A program made the position numbers and the translations under genes. From an uncultured archaeon (lineage in GTDB: Archaea; Thermoplasmatota; Thermoplasmata; Thermoplasmatales; Thermoplasmataceae), in NCBI GenBank assembly GCA_000965745.1, contig CP009479.1:2144001-2208000 (forward strand): a stretch of DNA of 64,000 bases. The letters are read 5' to 3'. Under the pieces are notes generated by a model. That model ran no database searches. It was not told the DNA's origin and was given only the letters and a program-made list of their open reading frames with translations. This document shows positions 10,185-20,793 of this stretch, piece after piece. Each line of letters opens with the position of its first letter. Within the stretch, counting starts at the first letter, position 1.

Positions 10185-11000
10185 TCAAATCAGTAATTTC
10201 AATATGTGGGAAAGTAATATTGTGGGCTGGTCCTCCATTACAAGGTGACCCGATTCAGCAATTTGGACAAATTCTGAGTCCTTTATTGCATTATTCAATT
10301 TATGTCCCTTCTCTATGGGAATCCAGCTATCCTCCTCTCCCCATACAATCAATACAGTGGTCCGGATGGTAGTATATTCGTTCTCTATCTCATCTGTGTA
10401 TTTCTGACTGGACTGAGCAATTTGACGATAAAATGCAGGCTGACCTGTTGGACCAAGCCAAGGTTCTATAAGCCCGTTTAAGGTTTTCTCATCAACTGAT
10501 TTGTATTTGGCACCTAGGACATAAGTTGATATTAGCGCTTTGTGAATGTAGGGCGGGATATTTTTAAAGGCATTTTCGTAACTTTTCACATGTGTGAAAA
10601 AATCCGACCCCCATGGAGCAATTGCTACAGGGTCGATTAGAATGATCTTATCAAAAGACCTTCCGTCTAACAAGTGTGCCCGTAGAATAGTGGTTCCACC
10701 AAAGTCATGGCCTATGGCCACTGGGGCCTCCAGGCCCCAGTAGTCCAGGAGTTCGCAGAAAACCTTGTTCTGAACTCCGAGGGATACGTCACCAATCCTT
10801 TTTTCAGATGCTCCATATCCTAACAAATCATAATAATAAACCTTAAACCACTGGCTCAATGGAGGGATTAAGTGCCTCCAACTGAAAGAAGACCAGGGCG
10901 TACCATGAACAAGAACAATCGGAGAGCCGCCGCCCTTAATGTCGTAAGCTATTTCTCCAAATGATGATTGGAATCGCCTTTCAGGCCCTAATTGTTGCAT
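10185..11000 (-). CDS. Alpha/beta hydrolase (epoxide hydrolase/dehalogenase-like)
   Basis: HGTPWSS oxyanion motif, DLLGYGAS, GHDFGG nucleophile elbow, C-terminal SGH. Confidence 0.9.
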   Translation of the reverse strand: MQQLGPERRFQSSFGEIAYDIKGGGSPIVLVHGTPWSSFSWRHLIPPLSQWFKVYYYDLLGYGASEKRIGDVSLGVQNKVFCELLDYWGLEAPVAIGHDFGGTTILRAHLLDGRSFDKIILIDPVAIAPWGSDFFTHVKSYENAFKNIPPYIHKALISTYVLGAKYKSVDEKTLNGLIEPWLGPTGQPAFYRQIAQSSQKYTDEIENEYTTIRTTVLIVWGEEDSWIPIEKGHKLNNAIKDSEFVQIAESGHLVMEDQPTILLSHILKLLI

Positions 11001-11498
11001 TCAGTAGTTCACCCTTCTTTTCCGTTACCTTTCAACTTCTATTTACATATAACAATTGTGCCCGCATATGACGGCTATACGTTATCATTCATAGCCTTTG
11101 GAATTCCTTCCCTGACCCTTATCTATCGCACTCTGTTATCTACTGCCTTGATAACTATATTATCATGAATATAGTGAGTGGAGATATGCAAATGTGCTAA
11201 GGACACCATTGGAAATACATTTGACCTCTGTCATGCGGTCCATGAGGGAAATCTCCTTGGGAGTCCTTCCAGCTACGAATATCTGGTAGAAATTTGAGAC
11301 TAAATGTGATGTTCGACTCAGTGCTTTAATAGAGGCTTCTGTCCACGCGAGATTCTGAATTGCTGTAATGAACAAGTATAGAAAGATAGATTACAGGGTC
11401 AGGATAGCCTACGTACCTTCCGACAGTAGAAATGGAATAGCACGATGTCTTCAACTATGGAATAAGGTATTTTCTGAAAGAACCCTGAGAAAGACTTG

Positions 11499-11532
11499 CT
11501 TACAAGGTTCATTAAGTCCGGTCGGGCCCATT
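11499..11532 (+). repeat. Decayed duplicate of the tRNA-Val 3' half (attR/TSD-like)
   Basis: 11517-11532 identical to 5116-5131; 11499-11507 CTTACAAGG identical to the anticodon region 5088-5096. Confidence 0.85.
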
Positions 11533-11586
11533 TTTGCATGGCGCTTGTTTAGCAGTGCTGGTCGCACGTGCATAGAAACTGCTTTC

Positions 11587-12342
11587 TCATACCATTTGGC
11601 CTGCAAACACCTTGGTTTCATGTTCCATTCTGACCCATTTCCCTTTCTTGTTCTCCTTGAAAGCCTTATCGAATGCTTTTAGCAATTTCCCATACTTTGG
11701 ATTGCTGCTCGCCATAGCATAAGGCGCTGAGAAATACCTTCCCTTCAATGCTTCAAGATTCATTTCCTGCGGATTCGGTAGTGAGAATTTTCTTACTTCA
11801 TGGCCAAAGAAACCCACTATATCATCGTTTGACAGTCCAGTACTTCCGGAGGAATGGTATCCCTCGCTATATTTACGGCATATCTCCTCATAAGCTGCGT
11901 TAATTCCAGTGCTTTTGGCAACACGGTCGTTCCATACGAGAATCAAAACACCATTTTCAGTGAGTATCCGCTTAAATTCCTCCCTGGCAGCCTCTAGATC
12001 GAACCAGTGGAACGCCTGGCCAACAACTATGAATTCCACTGAGCTGTCAGGGAGCCCTGTATGTTCAGCACTTCCATCCATTAAGACAGCTTCCGGATAG
12101 CCAGACAGGTCCTTTTTTGCCGCCTCCCGCATCTCCCGGTTCGGCTCTATGCAGAATACTTTATTGCCATTTTCCAGAAACAGTCTTGCCAGCTTTCCCG
12201 TGCCGGATCCTATGTCGGCGATTGCTGATTCGTCACCCATATTGAACTCCAGCTTTATGACTGAGAGCAGATCTGCTGGGTAATCCGGTCTGTAAAGTGA
12301 GTAATTCGAGGATCGCCCGTCAAAACGGTTCTCATCTTTCAT
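11587..12342 (-). CDS. Class I SAM-dependent methyltransferase
   Basis: YRPDYP, ADIGSGTG, QAFHWFD motifs; likely start MKDENRF at 12342 rather than 12636. Confidence 0.9.
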   Translation of the reverse strand: MKDENRFDGRSSNYSLYRPDYPADLLSVIKLEFNMGDESAIADIGSGTGKLARLFLENGNKVFCIEPNREMREAAKKDLSGYPEAVLMDGSAEHTGLPDSSVEFIVVGQAFHWFDLEAAREEFKRILTENGVLILVWNDRVAKSTGINAAYEEICRKYSEGYHSSGSTGLSNDDIVGFFGHEVRKFSLPNPQEMNLEALKGRYFSAPYAMASSNPKYGKLLKAFDKAFKENKKGKWVRMEHETKVFAGQMV

Positions 12343-12924
12343 TGGCAGAAACATTCTGCACGCAGTAATATAGTTGTGGTTCAACCAGCATAACATGAGC
12401 TTACCGCAAGGAAACATTAGACGTTCAGTACCCCCACAAAACGATGCTTCACCACCTGATTCCTTATTTCTCCTGTCATGGAACACTGTGCCCGGTTCCC
12501 ATGAAGGTCGGGAATGCCAGAATACCCGAAGGAAAGCAGAGGTACATTCAATGATTTCAAACAAGCAATACAAAACAAACAGGATGGTGTGATAAGATGC
12601 CACGGTAAGATGCGTTTGCTGATGGCAAGGTTCCATACAAAATGAAGAGAAAAGTATTCACGAGAGCTTTCCGGACAGGATACAAAGTGCAGGCCTGCAC
12701 TGGGGGGATTAAGCATACCAGTGATGACGGGCCATGGAATTCTCGAGTAGTGCCGCAGTTGTTCTTGTACAGATATCGTATATCGGGTGTGAATACCCAC
12801 CAGCTCCACTGTGACTTAATACGATGATTGCAGGCAACTCCCTCCTTTTTGCCTAACATGAAACCGTGGCTGTGCTCTGACAGCTAAGATTAATATTGCA
12901 TTACCCATAGCCTTCCATCATATC

Positions 12925-13965
12925 ATGACGTTCGACTATGATGCTATAGTAATAGGAGCCGGAACGGGAGGTCTTTCTGCCGGCATATCACTGAAACGCG
13001 GAGGGTCAAAATACCTGATTCTTGACAAGAAGGAAGAGATTGGGGTTCCGGTAAGATCAACCGGGGCCGTATCAATAGAGTGGGTGAACAGGATTGGGAT
13101 GCCAACAGACAAAAGCATTGTCCGGTCTTTCATAAAAGGAATAGATTTCCGGACCGACAGGGGAAAGAAAATATCGCTGACATATGATCATCCGGTAGGG
13201 CTGGTCTATGATTTTACAACTTATGAAAAATTCCTTGCGGAAAAATTCGCAGGGGACCTGAATATTAACCTCAAGACAAGAGTCACTTCGATAGAAGGCA
13301 ATGTCGTGAGGACTGAGGATGGAGAGCTGACAGCCGAGAATATTATCATGGCAGCAGGTCCGCAGTCTTCATTTGGCGACAAGCTCAGCAGGGACAATGT
13401 CCTTGTTGCGTATGAAGAGGTTCGTGAATTGCCGGCAAGAGACGATTTCGAGATGATCCTCTGGTTTAGCGACAATGCCCCCGGAGGCTACTTCTGGGAT
13501 TTTGCTGATACAGACAGCACAAGGAAGATAGGGGTATGCTACTACCCATTGAGCCCGTCAAAGCCGAAGGATGTTCTCGCCAATTTCACAAAACAGTTTC
13601 CGGAGGTTGATGGAAAGGCAGTCAGCACAATTGCGCACCAGATACCCCTCGGGCCTCCGGCCTCAACGGTGGTGAAAGGCAACAGGCTCTTTGTGGGCGA
13701 CATGATTAACGCAGTACTCAACACGACAGCGGGCGGTCTTCAGGGAGCTTTCTGGAGTGGAATCGAGGCCGGAAAGGCGGCGGTCAGAAACGATCCTGCC
13801 CAATATCAGAATGTGTGGGACGAGAAGATCAGGCCCTGGCTTCTAAAGCATCATGAACTCCACAGGAGGATGCACAGGAAGGGTGCCAAGTCCATAGGCA
13901 GGCTCATGTCGATTGCAAGGGTAATGCCAAAATCCATGCAGAAAAAGGTTTTTGGCGGCCTTTGA
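12925..13965 (+). CDS. Geranylgeranyl reductase-family FAD oxidoreductase
   Basis: GAGTGG Rossmann motif, PGGYFWDF, FVGD...TAGG. Confidence 0.85.
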   Translation: MTFDYDAIVIGAGTGGLSAGISLKRGGSKYLILDKKEEIGVPVRSTGAVSIEWVNRIGMPTDKSIVRSFIKGIDFRTDRGKKISLTYDHPVGLVYDFTTYEKFLAEKFAGDLNINLKTRVTSIEGNVVRTEDGELTAENIIMAAGPQSSFGDKLSRDNVLVAYEEVRELPARDDFEMILWFSDNAPGGYFWDFADTDSTRKIGVCYYPLSPSKPKDVLANFTKQFPEVDGKAVSTIAHQIPLGPPASTVVKGNRLFVGDMINAVLNTTAGGLQGAFWSGIEAGKAAVRNDPAQYQNVWDEKIRPWLLKHHELHRRMHRKGAKSIGRLMSIARVMPKSMQKKVFGGL

Positions 13966-14004
13966 AGAATTAGAACGGGTAACGGGATCGGTGATCCACT
14001 TTCT

Positions 14005-15522
14005 TTATCCACCGGTATACTGCTCCACAACGTAGTATTTGTCACTGAACACTTCCTTGTACATGCCAGAGGGGAAATACCCTGATGAAGCTTGTGAAGC
14101 AAGAAATTCCTGCGTCACAACGATGTATTTTATGCCGTATTCATGGATGTAATTTGCTGAAGTTTGATTTGCAGGGTTCATCACGATATATGTCGCTGCG
14201 TTCCTGAGGTCTATCTGGCTGCCCCCTACCAGAAAATTACCATATACGATCACGGGAACGCCATCCACGGATGATATGTAGTTCCCTATGTTTGGAGCTA
14301 TCACGATCCCATTGCTGAGGTTCTTTTCACCCCATGCAAGCAGTTGGGCATCATACTGGTAATACCCGGACTTGTAGTGTGAAACGCTTCCTGCTGCAAT
14401 TCCTGCCTGGAATGGAACTGCGACGAGAACCACGCCCAGAAGAATGGCGATTGCCAATCGCGAAGCGGAATTCCTTCCCTTCCCGGTTGCTGCACGTTTC
14501 AAAACCGGCCCTGAAGTTGCACTGAAAAGCCTGAGGACGACAATAGTTCCCAGTATTATCGTATAATACATTATCCTGCCCCCAAGCGTTGTGGATTTGA
14601 ATATGAAAGGTATGAAGATGAGTGAGGCCACGAGAGCAATTATGAATGGGTCCCATTTCACCTTTGACAGCCTGATGTCGCTCTTGTAGAGTGTGTAAAA
14701 TGCAATCGCGATGACTGACAATGCGAAAGGGATGAACACCATGAGATACGACCCGGCTGTACTGAGCGGTATGTACGAGCCGTAGCCGCTAGATTCGGTA
14801 ACGAAAAATGCATCGTAAACAAACCTGATTCTTGGCAACCACCAGATCAGGCCAACAACCAGGGCCGAAAAGAATGGCATCAGTTCACGGAGTATCAGGT
14901 TGAGGTCCTTCCTGGTTGCGTCATAGATCAGGAGCACAAGGAACGCAAGCATGGAGAAGAACCAGGTAAGATCGTGGCTCAAGGCAAGCAGGACAGCAGC
15001 TATAGATGACCAAAGGATCCAGGTCCAGCCTGAAATGCTTCTCTTTGAGAGTGTGTAAAGAAGGGCTATGAAGAGAAATTCACCGAAGATGAACGGGTCC
15101 CCGCCCCAAGACAGACCATAGAGATCCGGCATGAAGAATACCGCAACTGCGCCGATAATCAAGTTCTTCAAGGCGCTTTTGTTGTTTCTAGCTGCATAAT
15201 ATATTATTGAAGCGGTCAGGGAACTTGCGGTTGCCGCCACTGCCAGAAGTTCAGCCATTACAAGGTGCGGGGCGAATGCCGGATGAAACAGGGCGTTGAG
15301 TGAGTTTACTATCAGAAACAAGAGAGGGGGGTATATGTAGGCAGTTCCAGGAAAGTAGAGCACATTTGCTGCAGGTATCCACCCTGCGATGTGTATCTCC
15401 CTCACAAATGTGGCAAACTGCCCAAGGTCTCCGCCCTGTATGAACGTAGGATAAAAAATGAGCAATCTTACTGACAGTGATGTTACGAATATTGCAAGAG
15501 TCTCAATTAGGGCCCTTCTCAT
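14005..15522 (-). CDS. Multi-pass membrane protein, GT-C glycosyltransferase-like
   Basis: GGD loop after TM1, YPPL motif, about 12 TM helices, C-terminal YGIKYIVV domain; overlaps the GT4 gene. Confidence 0.6.
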   Translation of the reverse strand: MRRALIETLAIFVTSLSVRLLIFYPTFIQGGDLGQFATFVREIHIAGWIPAANVLYFPGTAYIYPPLLFLIVNSLNALFHPAFAPHLVMAELLAVAATASSLTASIIYYAARNNKSALKNLIIGAVAVFFMPDLYGLSWGGDPFIFGEFLFIALLYTLSKRSISGWTWILWSSIAAVLLALSHDLTWFFSMLAFLVLLIYDATRKDLNLILRELMPFFSALVVGLIWWLPRIRFVYDAFFVTESSGYGSYIPLSTAGSYLMVFIPFALSVIAIAFYTLYKSDIRLSKVKWDPFIIALVASLIFIPFIFKSTTLGGRIMYYTIILGTIVVLRLFSATSGPVLKRAATGKGRNSASRLAIAILLGVVLVAVPFQAGIAAGSVSHYKSGYYQYDAQLLAWGEKNLSNGIVIAPNIGNYISSVDGVPVIVYGNFLVGGSQIDLRNAATYIVMNPANQTSANYIHEYGIKYIVVTQEFLASQASSGYFPSGMYKEVFSDKYYVVEQYTGG

Positions 15523-16633
15523 TATTTACCACACTGAGATAAAGATCGGAAAGTTTATCGGATATAGTATCCCAGTCATACTGCACAGAGAAGTCCCTTG
15601 CATTCCGGCTAAGAGTCTTCCATCTGTCTTCATCCTTGTACAGCTGCTTGATCTTGGAAATCATATCTTCAAAGTCCTGGGATACAATCCCGTTATAGCC
15701 GTCCCTGATAACTTCATTGATAGCAAGATTATAAGGACCGCTCAGGGCCATCACTGGAACTGATGCAGCCATTGCCTCCAGAGATGCTATAGAGAATCCT
15801 TCACGGTAGCTAGGCATTACAAAGAGCCATGAGTTTTTAATTTCCCTTACGAGTTCTTCGTGCCCAATGTGGCCGGTGATGCTTATGTTACCGTTGCCGT
15901 TTACCAGATTCCTCAGGTTTCTGATCTGGCTCCCGTCGCCTACAATTTTGAGATTGAGGTCCTTGTGCTTGTTTACATGCTTGATCAGGAGATCCAGCCT
16001 CTTGTGGGATTCAATCCTCCCGACATAAATGATCTGGCCCCATTCCTTGTTATTGTTGCAGAGGAATTCAGAAGTATTCACGCCGTTGTTGATTATTGAG
16101 ACGTTCTTTGAAGGCCCGTAGGTGTTTTTCAACAGGTTGGAAACAGTATCTGAAACAGCTATGTGGTTATGGATGAACCTGTACACAAGGCCCTCCCAGC
16201 TTGCCACTTTTCTCCAGAAGACGTTTCTTGAATAATAGTAATCCCTGAGTACCTCGTGCCATGTGAAAAATGTGTTCTTTTTCTTTTCTATGGCTTGAAT
16301 CCCGCTGAGAGCATGTACCAGGGGAAATTCGTCGAAATTATAAATGTCGTAATCACGGTATTCTTTCAGCCTTTTCCTGACTCCTGATGAGTATTTCAGT
16401 GCTCCCATGAGCCTCCTTGAGTCCACTTTGAAATACTGAGAAGGGTCGAGATTTGTAACAAACTCGACGTCCAGGCCTTTAATTTCCGGAGGGTCTGTGA
16501 AACCGTTTGTGAGGATCTTGATCTCGAAACCCTTGTTTGCAAGACGCCGGAAGGTTTCAAAAGACCTTGTCTCTGCACCTCCCTCATGCGGATGAAAGGA
16601 CTCGTTGGCCGAGATAATCCTTGGAAGGTCCAT
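15503..16633 (-). CDS. Glycosyltransferase family 4
   Basis: GGAE, YVGRI..HK, PSYREGFSIASLEAMA. Confidence 0.92.
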   Translation of the reverse strand: MDLPRIISANESFHPHEGGAETRSFETFRRLANKGFEIKILTNGFTDPPEIKGLDVEFVTNLDPSQYFKVDSRRLMGALKYSSGVRKRLKEYRDYDIYNFDEFPLVHALSGIQAIEKKKNTFFTWHEVLRDYYYSRNVFWRKVASWEGLVYRFIHNHIAVSDTVSNLLKNTYGPSKNVSIINNGVNTSEFLCNNNKEWGQIIYVGRIESHKRLDLLIKHVNKHKDLNLKIVGDGSQIRNLRNLVNGNGNISITGHIGHEELVREIKNSWLFVMPSYREGFSIASLEAMAASVPVMALSGPYNLAINEVIRDGYNGIVSQDFEDMISKIKQLYKDEDRWKTLSRNARDFSVQYDWDTISDKLSDLYLSVVNNEKGPN

Positions 16634-16983
16634 CTATATATGTCCTCCGATGTTCATCGTGATGACAAGTGATGCACCGTTTTGATTATAATTTTTGCCC
16701 GCGATCTGATAATCTGACATGTATTTCCATGGTGTGATACGTTCAGTCAATTCGTTTTCCTGTCTTGCGATGTCAGACATGCATGCTTCAGCGTTAATAC
16801 CAATCTCATATGAATAACTTTGTAGTACAGCCGACGCGATCACTTTAAGATTGCATCTTCGCTGACGCGGTTTGGACAAACGTTTGAGGGCTGAAAGCCA
16901 TGTCTGATCAACCCTTGTTGATATCCTGTGAGATCATGCCTGTTCAGCGCTTGCCAAAGATTATATAACTATTTTACACTGTC

Positions 16984-17502
16984 TTGCCGTTGGAAATTAA
17001 CAGGCCCAGTTGGGACCAGTACTTCATGAGGATGGCATTCCTGGCTGCATCGAGAACTAACTGCACCAGAAGAAAAGTAGGGGCCGTCATAGTAAAGGAC
17101 AAGAATGTGCTTGCAACTGGATACAACGGTCCACCGTCAAATTCCGCACATTGTGATTCTGCCGGCTGCCTCAGGAACATCATGGATGTGCCATCGGGAG
17201 AAAGGCATGAGCTATGCAGGGGACTGCACGCCGAACAGAATGCCATAATCCAGGCAGCCGTGCATGGTGTAAGCATAAAAGACTCTGTTATATATGTGAC
17301 AACACATCCATGCGTTGTTTGTGCCAAGATGCTTATTAATGCCCATATAAATGAAGTCATATATGCGGATGGCTACCCGGATGAGCTTTCCAAACTCATG
17401 CTTCTCGATAGCGATCTTAACTTGAGAAGATTTGAACTTCCTGAAGAGGAAGTGAGGATGATGATCGGTAACTTTTCCATGGCAGAGTCGGGTGAAGATT
17501 AA
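16984..17502 (+). CDS. dCMP deaminase (ComEB family)
   Basis: [16 protein letters not shown] and PCVVC zinc motifs. Confidence 0.92.
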   Translation: MPLEINRPSWDQYFMRMAFLAASRTNCTRRKVGAVIVKDKNVLATGYNGPPSNSAHCDSAGCLRNIMDVPSGERHELCRGLHAEQNAIIQAAVHGVSIKDSVIYVTTHPCVVCAKMLINAHINEVIYADGYPDELSKLMLLDSDLNLRRFELPEEEVRMMIGNFSMAESGED

Positions 17503-17528
17503 AATATATACAGGAATAAGGGTAAGAA

Positions 17529-18200
17529 ATGAACGTGCCTCTGGCTGAATACGTTGTAAATCTAGTGATACAGGTAATGCACATGGCAGGTTACCCCGGA
17601 ATATTTTTCCTCATGCTGCTTGAGGGGATGCTCTTGCCAGTGCCGTCAGAGGTAGTCATGGCATTCGGCGGATTCCTTGCGTTTTCAGATGGCCTTCCAC
17701 CGGTTCTGGGAATTCCAGCTTACATCATTGTGCTCATCGCAGGAAGCCTCGGCAATCTCGTGGGAGCATACATCGCATACATGATTGGAGACTACGGCGG
17801 CATTCCGCTTATCAAGAAGTATGGAAAGTATGTTTTATTGAAGGAAGACACAGTAGACACTGTCCAGAAATGGTTTGAAAAATATGGTCCCATGTCAGTG
17901 TTCCTCACAAGGCTTGTCCCGGTATTCAGGACCTTTATATCAATACCTGCAGGGATAGCAAGAATGAACAGAAAGCTGTTTCTTGCATACACATTCATTG
18001 GTGCAGTCATCTGGGATTCATTCCTGGTTTATCTTGGGTGGAAGTTTGGTCAGAATTGGCAGGTGATAGTGGCTTCGTTTACAAAGTATACTGACGTGGC
18101 TCTTGCAGCACTTGGTCTGCTCTTCATATACTGGATTTACAGGGCCCTTTCGAGAAGAAAGGCCATTAAAGAAAAAAAAAATAGTCAGGCTGAAAAATAA
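17529..18200 (+). CDS. DedA family membrane protein
   Basis: PVPSEVV and RLVPVFRTFISIPAG motifs. Confidence 0.92.
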   Translation: MNVPLAEYVVNLVIQVMHMAGYPGIFFLMLLEGMLLPVPSEVVMAFGGFLAFSDGLPPVLGIPAYIIVLIAGSLGNLVGAYIAYMIGDYGGIPLIKKYGKYVLLKEDTVDTVQKWFEKYGPMSVFLTRLVPVFRTFISIPAGIARMNRKLFLAYTFIGAVIWDSFLVYLGWKFGQNWQVIVASFTKYTDVALAALGLLFIYWIYRALSRRKAIKEKKNSQAEK

Positions 18201-18310
18201 ACGATATTTCCATATTAATATATTACGAAGAGAAGATATAGTAACGATGTTTCAGCTTATTTGCGTTGGGAAAGTTATTAATCCATTCTTATAATTCCTT
18301 TTTTGAGATT

Positions 18311-20050
18311 ATGAGTGAGCAATCTATCAGTGATTTTACCAGGATAGAAACTGACGTACTTATTATTGGAGCTGGTGGAGCTGGCCTTAGGGCTGCGATA
18401 GAGGCTTCTGACAATGGTGCAAAGGTTGTTGTTCTTTCCAAATCACTACTTGGGAAAGCACATACTGTTATGGCAGAGGGCGGAGTGGCCGCATCTCTCG
18501 GAAACGTTGACTCAAAGGATAACTGGGGAATACATTTTGCAGATACCGTAGTTGAAGGTGTCCATCTTGGAGACTGGAGGCTTGCTGAAATCAATGCCAA
18601 GGAAGCTCCTGACCGTATCTACGAGCTTGAGAAGTACGGTGCAATGTTTGACCGGACACCTGATGGCAGGATTCTCCAGAGGGCGTTTGGTGCGCATACA
18701 TACAGAAGGCTGTGCCACGTGGGAGACAAGACCGGCCTGGAAATGATAAGAACACTTGAAGACCAGGTCCTGCACAGAGATATCAAGGTACACGACGAAA
18801 CTGTTGTAACCAAGATTTTCAAGAAAGATGGCAGGGCGGTAGGTGCGCTGGCTTTCGAGATGAGAACTGGAAAATTCATGGCGATCAAGAGCAAGGCGGT
18901 TATTCTGGCCACTGGAGGAGGGGGCAGACTATTCAAGGTTACCTCGAACTCCTGGGAGTCTACAGGAGACGGTTTTGCCCTGGCTTTCGATGCTGGTGCA
19001 ACACTAATGGACATGGAAATGGTCCAATTCCACCCGACCGGGATGGTCTACCCGCCAGGTGTGAGGGGCATGCTGGTAACAGAGGGAGTCAGGGGTGAGG
19101 GGGGAATTCTTCTAAACTCCAAGGGAGAAAGATTCATGAAAACCTACTCCCCCAACAAGATGGAACTTGATGCCAGAGATGTTGTAGCAAGATCAATTTA
19201 TAATGAGATACAGGAAGGAAGGGGGACTGAGCACGGCGGAGTGTACCTGCAGATTCACCACAAAGGCGCCAAGTTCATTCTTGACAAGCTGCCCGGTATG
19301 CACTCGCAGTTCCTGGAATTCGCTGGTGTTGACATTACGAAGGAGAACATGGAGGTTGCTCCCACAACCCATTACTACATGGGTGGAATAAAGATAGATC
19401 CGGAAGACAACCAGACAACGCTTCCCGGGCTGTTTGCCTGTGGCGAGGCGGCAACTGGGCTTCACGGTGCAAACAGGCTTGGCGGGAACTCGCTTATCGA
19501 CCTCCTCGTATTCGGAAGGAGGACGGGGCAGTCCGCGGCCAAATACACCAAAGATGCGCAACCGGCAGACGTGAGCGAGAATGACATAATTGAGGAAATA
19601 TCCAGAGTGACGGGTTTCCTGAACAAGCCGAGTGCAGTAAATCCATATGAATTGATCAATGAGCTGAGAGACACAATGTCCAAGTATGCAGGCATCAGGA
19701 GGACAGAAGAGAACCTGACGACTGCTCTTGACATACTGCTCAAGATAAAAGGGCGGTACAGTGAAATAGGTGTTGCCGGAAATGTCAGGTTCAATCCGGG
19801 GCTGATAGCCTGTTTTGAGCTTCACAGCCTTCTCACAACGGGTGAGCTCTTGCTGAGAGGTGCGATACAGAGGAAGGAAAGCAGGGGAGCCCATTTCAGA
19901 AGCGATTATCCAAAGATGAGTGAGGAGTTTAAGAGGAATATTACCTGGCACATGGAAGGCAATGAGGTCAAGAGCTCTTTCTCGACCATGCCTGAGCTTC
20001 CGCCTGAAATGGTGAAAATAGTTGGTCAAGTGGAGGGGCATACTCAATGA
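18311..20050 (+). CDS. sdhA: Succinate dehydrogenase/fumarate reductase flavoprotein
   Basis: GAGGAG, AHTVMAEGG covalent-FAD His, QFHPTG, HGANRLGGNSL, ESRGAH. Confidence 0.95.
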   Translation: MSEQSISDFTRIETDVLIIGAGGAGLRAAIEASDNGAKVVVLSKSLLGKAHTVMAEGGVAASLGNVDSKDNWGIHFADTVVEGVHLGDWRLAEINAKEAPDRIYELEKYGAMFDRTPDGRILQRAFGAHTYRRLCHVGDKTGLEMIRTLEDQVLHRDIKVHDETVVTKIFKKDGRAVGALAFEMRTGKFMAIKSKAVILATGGGGRLFKVTSNSWESTGDGFALAFDAGATLMDMEMVQFHPTGMVYPPGVRGMLVTEGVRGEGGILLNSKGERFMKTYSPNKMELDARDVVARSIYNEIQEGRGTEHGGVYLQIHHKGAKFILDKLPGMHSQFLEFAGVDITKENMEVAPTTHYYMGGIKIDPEDNQTTLPGLFACGEAATGLHGANRLGGNSLIDLLVFGRRTGQSAAKYTKDAQPADVSENDIIEEISRVTGFLNKPSAVNPYELINELRDTMSKYAGIRRTEENLTTALDILLKIKGRYSEIGVAGNVRFNPGLIACFELHSLLTTGELLLRGAIQRKESRGAHFRSDYPKMSEEFKRNITWHMEGNEVKSSFSTMPELPPEMVKIVGQVEGHTQ

Positions 20051-20787
20051 AAGAAGTGACGTTTATAGTCTATAGAAAAGACCCATCGGTCAGTGAAGAG
20101 GAGAAATTTGAAGAATACAAGGTTCCGGTGGAAGAAGGGATGGTCGTCCTCGATGGAATACATTACATTGAGAACAACATAGATCCAACTCTTGCGGTAA
20201 GGTGGAACTGCAAGGCTGCAAGATGCGGCTCCTGTTCTGCTGAGGTGAATGGTTTCCCAAGGCTGATGTGCAAGACAAGGGTTGAGGATATGGGAGACAG
20301 GATCAAGGTATCCCCCATGAAGGCTTACCCCGTTGTGAAAGACCTTGTCACCGACGTATCACAGAATTATGACATAGAGAGAAGGATTCCCGAGTTCAAG
20401 CCCAAGGAAGGGCTGCAGGAACCATGGAGAGTTGACGAGATGGATGTGAAGAGATCCATGGAGTTCAGGAGATGCATTGAGTGCTTCCTTTGCCAGAACA
20501 TCTGCCATGTGATCAGGGAGCATGAATCGAATTATGTCGGTCCAAGGCACATGGTTAAGATAGCATCCCTCGATATGCATCCACTTGATGACGTCGACAG
20601 GTCTGAATTCCTCCATGATGAGGGGGGAGCTGGATACTGCAACATAACCAAATGCTGCCAGGAAGTCTGCCCGGAACACATTCACATCACCGACAACGCC
20701 ATAATACCGATGAAGGAGAGAATAGTTGGCAGTTACTATGATCCGATAGAGAGGGCAATTAAGAAAATCAGGAGGAAAAAGAGGTAG
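20047..20787 (+). CDS. sdhB: Succinate dehydrogenase iron-sulfur subunit
   Basis: CKAARCGSC..C, CIECFLCQNIC, CNITKCCQEVCP; ATGA overlap with sdhA. Confidence 0.95.
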   Translation: MKEVTFIVYRKDPSVSEEEKFEEYKVPVEEGMVVLDGIHYIENNIDPTLAVRWNCKAARCGSCSAEVNGFPRLMCKTRVEDMGDRIKVSPMKAYPVVKDLVTDVSQNYDIERRIPEFKPKEGLQEPWRVDEMDVKRSMEFRRCIECFLCQNICHVIREHESNYVGPRHMVKIASLDMHPLDDVDRSEFLHDEGGAGYCNITKCCQEVCPEHIHITDNAIIPMKERIVGSYYDPIERAIKKIRRKKR

Positions 20788-20793
20788 GTAAAA

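Larger units (their letters stand above)
5116..11532. mobile_element. Degenerate tRNA-Val-integrated island (~6.4 kb)
   Basis: Bounded by the 16-bp direct repeat TCCGGTCGGGCCCATT; visibly AT-richer; orphan ORFs, long spacers and pseudogene fragments; no intact integrase seen. Confidence 0.8.

Noticed and set aside
5132-11516. Intact casposon or integrase gene; terminal inverted repeats
   Set aside because: No Cas1 or tyrosine-recombinase motifs in any ORF; the island ends are not inverted repeats
12360-12920. Overlapping ORFs and a GTGATGA C-box-like motif
   Set aside because: ORFs look random and there is no properly spaced D box
16634-16980. 81-aa ORF and a possible C/D sRNA (GTGATGA...CTGA)
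   Set aside because: No C'/D' boxes or identifiable guide; the ORF is unconvincing
19193-20047. Long antisense ORFs (also 33774-34523, 56681-57463, 60742-61464)
   Set aside because: Shadows of well-supported genes on the opposite strand
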